DNA from: an uncultured Chryseobacterium sp. | Lineage (GTDB): Bacteria; Bacteroidota; Bacteroidia; Flavobacteriales_F; PHOS-HE28 | DNA length: 38,218 bases | Assembly: GCA_964418285.1 (NCBI GenBank) | Contig: CAYQMC010000003.1 | Location: forward strand, 1 to 38,218 | Direction: 5' to 3' | Part shown: piece after piece, positions 35,748 through 38,218 of the stretch | Layout of the letters: every line of letters begins with the position of its first letter | Position numbering within the stretch: the stretch's first letter is position 1 | Notes under the pieces: model-generated | Database searches by the model: none | What the model was told of the DNA's origin: nothing | The model's input: only the letters and a program-made list of their open reading frames with translations | Made by a program: the position numbers and the translations under genes

Positions 35748-37067
35748 ATGATCCGCAGCGCAGGCTTCAAGAAGTACTTCGCCAACACCTCCTGGCTGCT
35801 TTTGGAGCGTTTGGTGCGCCTCGTGGTGGTGCTGGGAACGGGTATCCTGGTAGCGCGCTACTTGGGCCCCGAGCTTTTCGGCCAGCTCAACTACGCAACG
35901 GGTTTCGTGGGGTTGTTCTTCGCCCTTACCACCATGGGCCTGGATGAGATCGTTGTGCGCGACCTGGTGACGAACCCGGAACGCCGTGATGAGCTCCTGG
36001 GGACCTCCGCGGTGATCAAGTTCTTCGGGTCCTTGCTGCTTGTTGTCCTGGTCGGAGTTGCCTCCTTGGTGCGCGGCATGGATGGACTCACGGCCACCCT
36101 GGTCATTGTTATCGGTGCCGCTGAACTCCTGCGCCCTTTCGGCGTCATCGATTGGTACTTCATGGCCCACGTCCGTTCGCGGGAAACGGTTGTGGTACAA
36201 ATGGTGCAGGTCTTCGTTAGTGCCGGTTTCAAGGTCGCCATGGTGCTCATCGAAGCCCCACTGGTCTGGTTCGCCTGGGTCTACGTGCTGGAAGGTCTAC
36301 TGCTGGCCATCGGTTATGTGATCATGTACCGCCGCGATGGGACCCTGATCCGGGCCTGGCGCTACTCCCGCACCATGGCTTCCTACCTGCTGGGGCAGTC
36401 CTGGCCCTTGGTCATCTATGGCATGGCCCTTTATGTGCAGGCCAAGATCGACCAGGTGATGATCTTCGATGTGCTACGCAGCAGGGTGGGAGAGGCTGCG
36501 GCCAATGCCGAGGTGGGGCAGTATTCCAACGCGTTGAAGATGATCGAAGCACTCGGTTTCCTTCCGGTGATCGTGCAACGTTCGCTGGCTCCGGCCATAA
36601 CGCGGGCCAAGGTGCAGGGCGAGGTGCTCTACGGCGATAGGCTGCTGAACCAGTACCGACTGATGTTCCTCATGTTCCTCGTTACATCCATTCCGCTGTA
36701 CTTCATGGCGGAACCGATCATGGTCTTCCTGTTCGGTGAGGATTACAGACCTGCGGGCTTCCTGCTTTCGCTATTCGCGATCCGCCTACTGTTCACCAAC
36801 ATGGGGGTGGGAAAGGCCAGCTTCATCACCAATGAAAGCCTCTTCAAGTACTCATTGATGACAGCCGTTGTCGGGGCGGTCATCAATATCACGATGAACT
36901 ATTTCCTGATCCCTCCGTTCAAGGCGATCGGTGCCATTTGGGCCACGATCGGCTCGTTCACCGTGAGCATCTTCCTCATGGACCTGCTATTCAGCAACAC
37001 ACGCAAGAACCTAAAATGGATGTGCCTGGGTATGCTTACGTTCTGGCGCATCCGCAAGGTGAAATGA
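35748..37067 (+). CDS. wzx: Oligosaccharide-unit flippase (Wzx/MOP superfamily)
   Basis: 439 aa, polytopic. The N-terminus KKYFANTSWLLLERLVRLVVVLGTGILVARYLGPELFGQLNY is typical of polysaccharide-biosynthesis flippases. Confidence 0.8.
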   Translation: MIRSAGFKKYFANTSWLLLERLVRLVVVLGTGILVARYLGPELFGQLNYATGFVGLFFALTTMGLDEIVVRDLVTNPERRDELLGTSAVIKFFGSLLLVVLVGVASLVRGMDGLTATLVIVIGAAELLRPFGVIDWYFMAHVRSRETVVVQMVQVFVSAGFKVAMVLIEAPLVWFAWVYVLEGLLLAIGYVIMYRRDGTLIRAWRYSRTMASYLLGQSWPLVIYGMALYVQAKIDQVMIFDVLRSRVGEAAANAEVGQYSNALKMIEALGFLPVIVQRSLAPAITRAKVQGEVLYGDRLLNQYRLMFLMFLVTSIPLYFMAEPIMVFLFGEDYRPAGFLLSLFAIRLLFTNMGVGKASFITNESLFKYSLMTAVVGAVINITMNYFLIPPFKAIGAIWATIGSFTVSIFLMDLLFSNTRKNLKWMCLGMLTFWRIRKVK

Positions 37068-38218
37068 CCACGACCGCGAACGATCGCCACTTGGTGCCGA
37101 TAAAGCCCGACGTCCACACGGGGCAATGCTGTCCTTCCTGCGGCTCGAATGCCATTGTCATCGATCGGGTCGTTTTCCCGGGCATCCATGTGATGGCCGA
37201 TGCCCACTGTGAGGCCTGCCATGCGGAGTTCTTCCAGGATCTACCCGTTGGTTTCGCGGTCGACCATGCCATGGCCATCGACAGACGGACGGGCAGGCTT
37301 TTCGAGGCTGGTCAAGGATCGGGTTGGATCCATGATCCACTGATGAAGGGCTATAACAAGCCCATTGATGATGATATATCGGTCGAGCGTATCGTATACC
37401 GGGAGTGCAGCGATATCATCCTGCTCAACACCTTGGACTTCCTGTATGGTCATGTGTTGTTGAAGCTGTACAATGCCGCTCATTATCTGGAACGTTATCC
37501 GCACCTGGGCCTTGTGGTCATTGTTCCGCGGATGTTCAAGTGGCTGATCCCCAAGGGTGTCGCCGAAGCCTGGGTGGTGGATCTGCCGTTGGGTCGCATG
37601 CAGGGTTGGTATACCGGCATCGATCGATCCGTTCGCTCCTGGTTGCCGGGATACGCGTCCGTGCAACTTGCCCGAGGATACGCCCACCCGGTCTTCGCCA
37701 GTATCGATGTGGAGGCGTTCACAGGCGTGGCAGCCTTCGCGATCGAAGAATTCACAAGCCGGCCAGCGCAGATCACGTTCGTGGCCCGAGAGGATCGGCT
37801 GTGGTTCGCCACCCCGCTGGGCAAGTTCATGTACCGCGCCTTCAATAAGTTGGGCTTGAAGCAGAGCCTGGGCCGTTGGTACGTTGCGGCACAGGATCGC
37901 TTGATCCGTAGGTCGATCGGTCGGATCCGCGAGGAGATCCCCAATGCTCGCTTCACCGTTGTTGGGCTGGCCGCAGGGGGGGGGCTGGCCGATGTTGCCA
38001 CCGACCTACGGACGAAGCGTATGGACGACAGCGTTGAGCGTGCCTGGGTGGAAGCCTACGCCGCGAGCCAGATCGTGGTGGGCGTTCATGGCAGCAACAT
38101 GCTGTTACCCACGGCCCATGCCGCGGCCTGCATCGAGATCCTGCCCTACGACCGCCTCGGCAACATCGTACAGGACATATCCGTGCCCAGGCACGACCGC
38201 TTGCAGCTGTTCCTCTAC
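37064..38218 (+). CDS. Hypothetical protein, N-terminal 385 codons. Cys4 zinc-ribbon followed by a possible GT61/DUF563-like glycosyltransferase fold
   Basis: Absent from the track (no stop in the window). Hand translation line by line from ATG 37064 shows no stop to 38218. The ATG overlaps the wzx TGA as ATGA. CCPSCGS...CEACH, LDFLYGHVLLKLYNAAHYL, VVGVHGSNMLLPTAHAAACIEILP. Confidence 0.6.
   Translation, partial: MTTTANDRHLVPIKPDVHTGQCCPSCGSNAIVIDRVVFPGIHVMADAHCEACHAEFFQDLPVGFAVDHAMAIDRRTGRLFEAGQGSGWIHDPLMKGYNKPIDDDISVERIVYRECSDIILLNTLDFLYGHVLLKLYNAAHYLERYPHLGLVVIVPRMFKWLIPKGVAEAWVVDLPLGRMQGWYTGIDRSVRSWLPGYASVQLARGYAHPVFASIDVEAFTGVAAFAIEEFTSRPAQITFVAREDRLWFATPLGKFMYRAFNKLGLKQSLGRWYVAAQDRLIRRSIGRIREEIPNARFTVVGLAAGGGLADVATDLRTKRMDDSVERAWVEAYAASQIVVGVHGSNMLLPTAHAAACIEILPYDRLGNIVQDISVPRHDRLQLFLY

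Noticed and set aside
32385-38218. The tRNA-flanked polysaccharide locus as an integrated genomic island
   Set aside because: No integrase, no visible direct repeat of the tRNA 3' end, and no obvious change in composition or codon style. A tRNA terminator followed by a standard wza-wzc-wzx core fits native chromosome.

Overview
GC-rich chromosomal segment that looks like Bacteroidota (Flavobacteriia/Cytophagia-like). Supporting signs: SprB-type repeats, a GWxTD lipoprotein, TAnnTTTG -7 promoter boxes, no GGAGG Shine-Dalgarno sites, and many ATGA start/stop overlaps. Gene order is as follows. (1) 1..6051 (-): N-terminal 2017 codons of a giant surface adhesin. The ORF track omits it because it has no stop codon inside the window. 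(2) Down to 13.2 kb (-): small secreted ORF, rlmB, GWxTD lipoprotein, rmuC, L,D-transpeptidase, BamA-like barrel, ung. (3) Then a 42-aa lipoprotein mini-gene, OsmC, a secreted hypothetical coupled to lipA, and gap. (4) Minus-strand run lpxK, PNP, gatB, TlpA-like, M1 peptidase, lpxH. (5) Nif3 plus a COG1579 zinc-ribbon protein. (6) A cassette of a Gly/Met/Trp-rich lipoprotein and a FadL-like barrel, divergent from proS. (7) proS, a coupled hypothetical, and a self-contained tRNA-Glu(UUC). (8) A polysaccharide export locus wza-wzc-wzx, then a second ORF missing from the track (37064..38218, runs off the right edge). No CRISPR array, transposase, integrase or recognisable defence gene was seen. 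The best candidates for something undescribed are three. First, the G/M/W-rich lipoprotein plus barrel cassette. Second, a recurrent A/C-rich leader element (ATCGAACAACGAAC and variants) directly upstream of unlinked first-in-operon genes. Third, the adhesin with its translationally coupled small ORF. All product calls come from hand translation and remembered family motifs. No database search was run.
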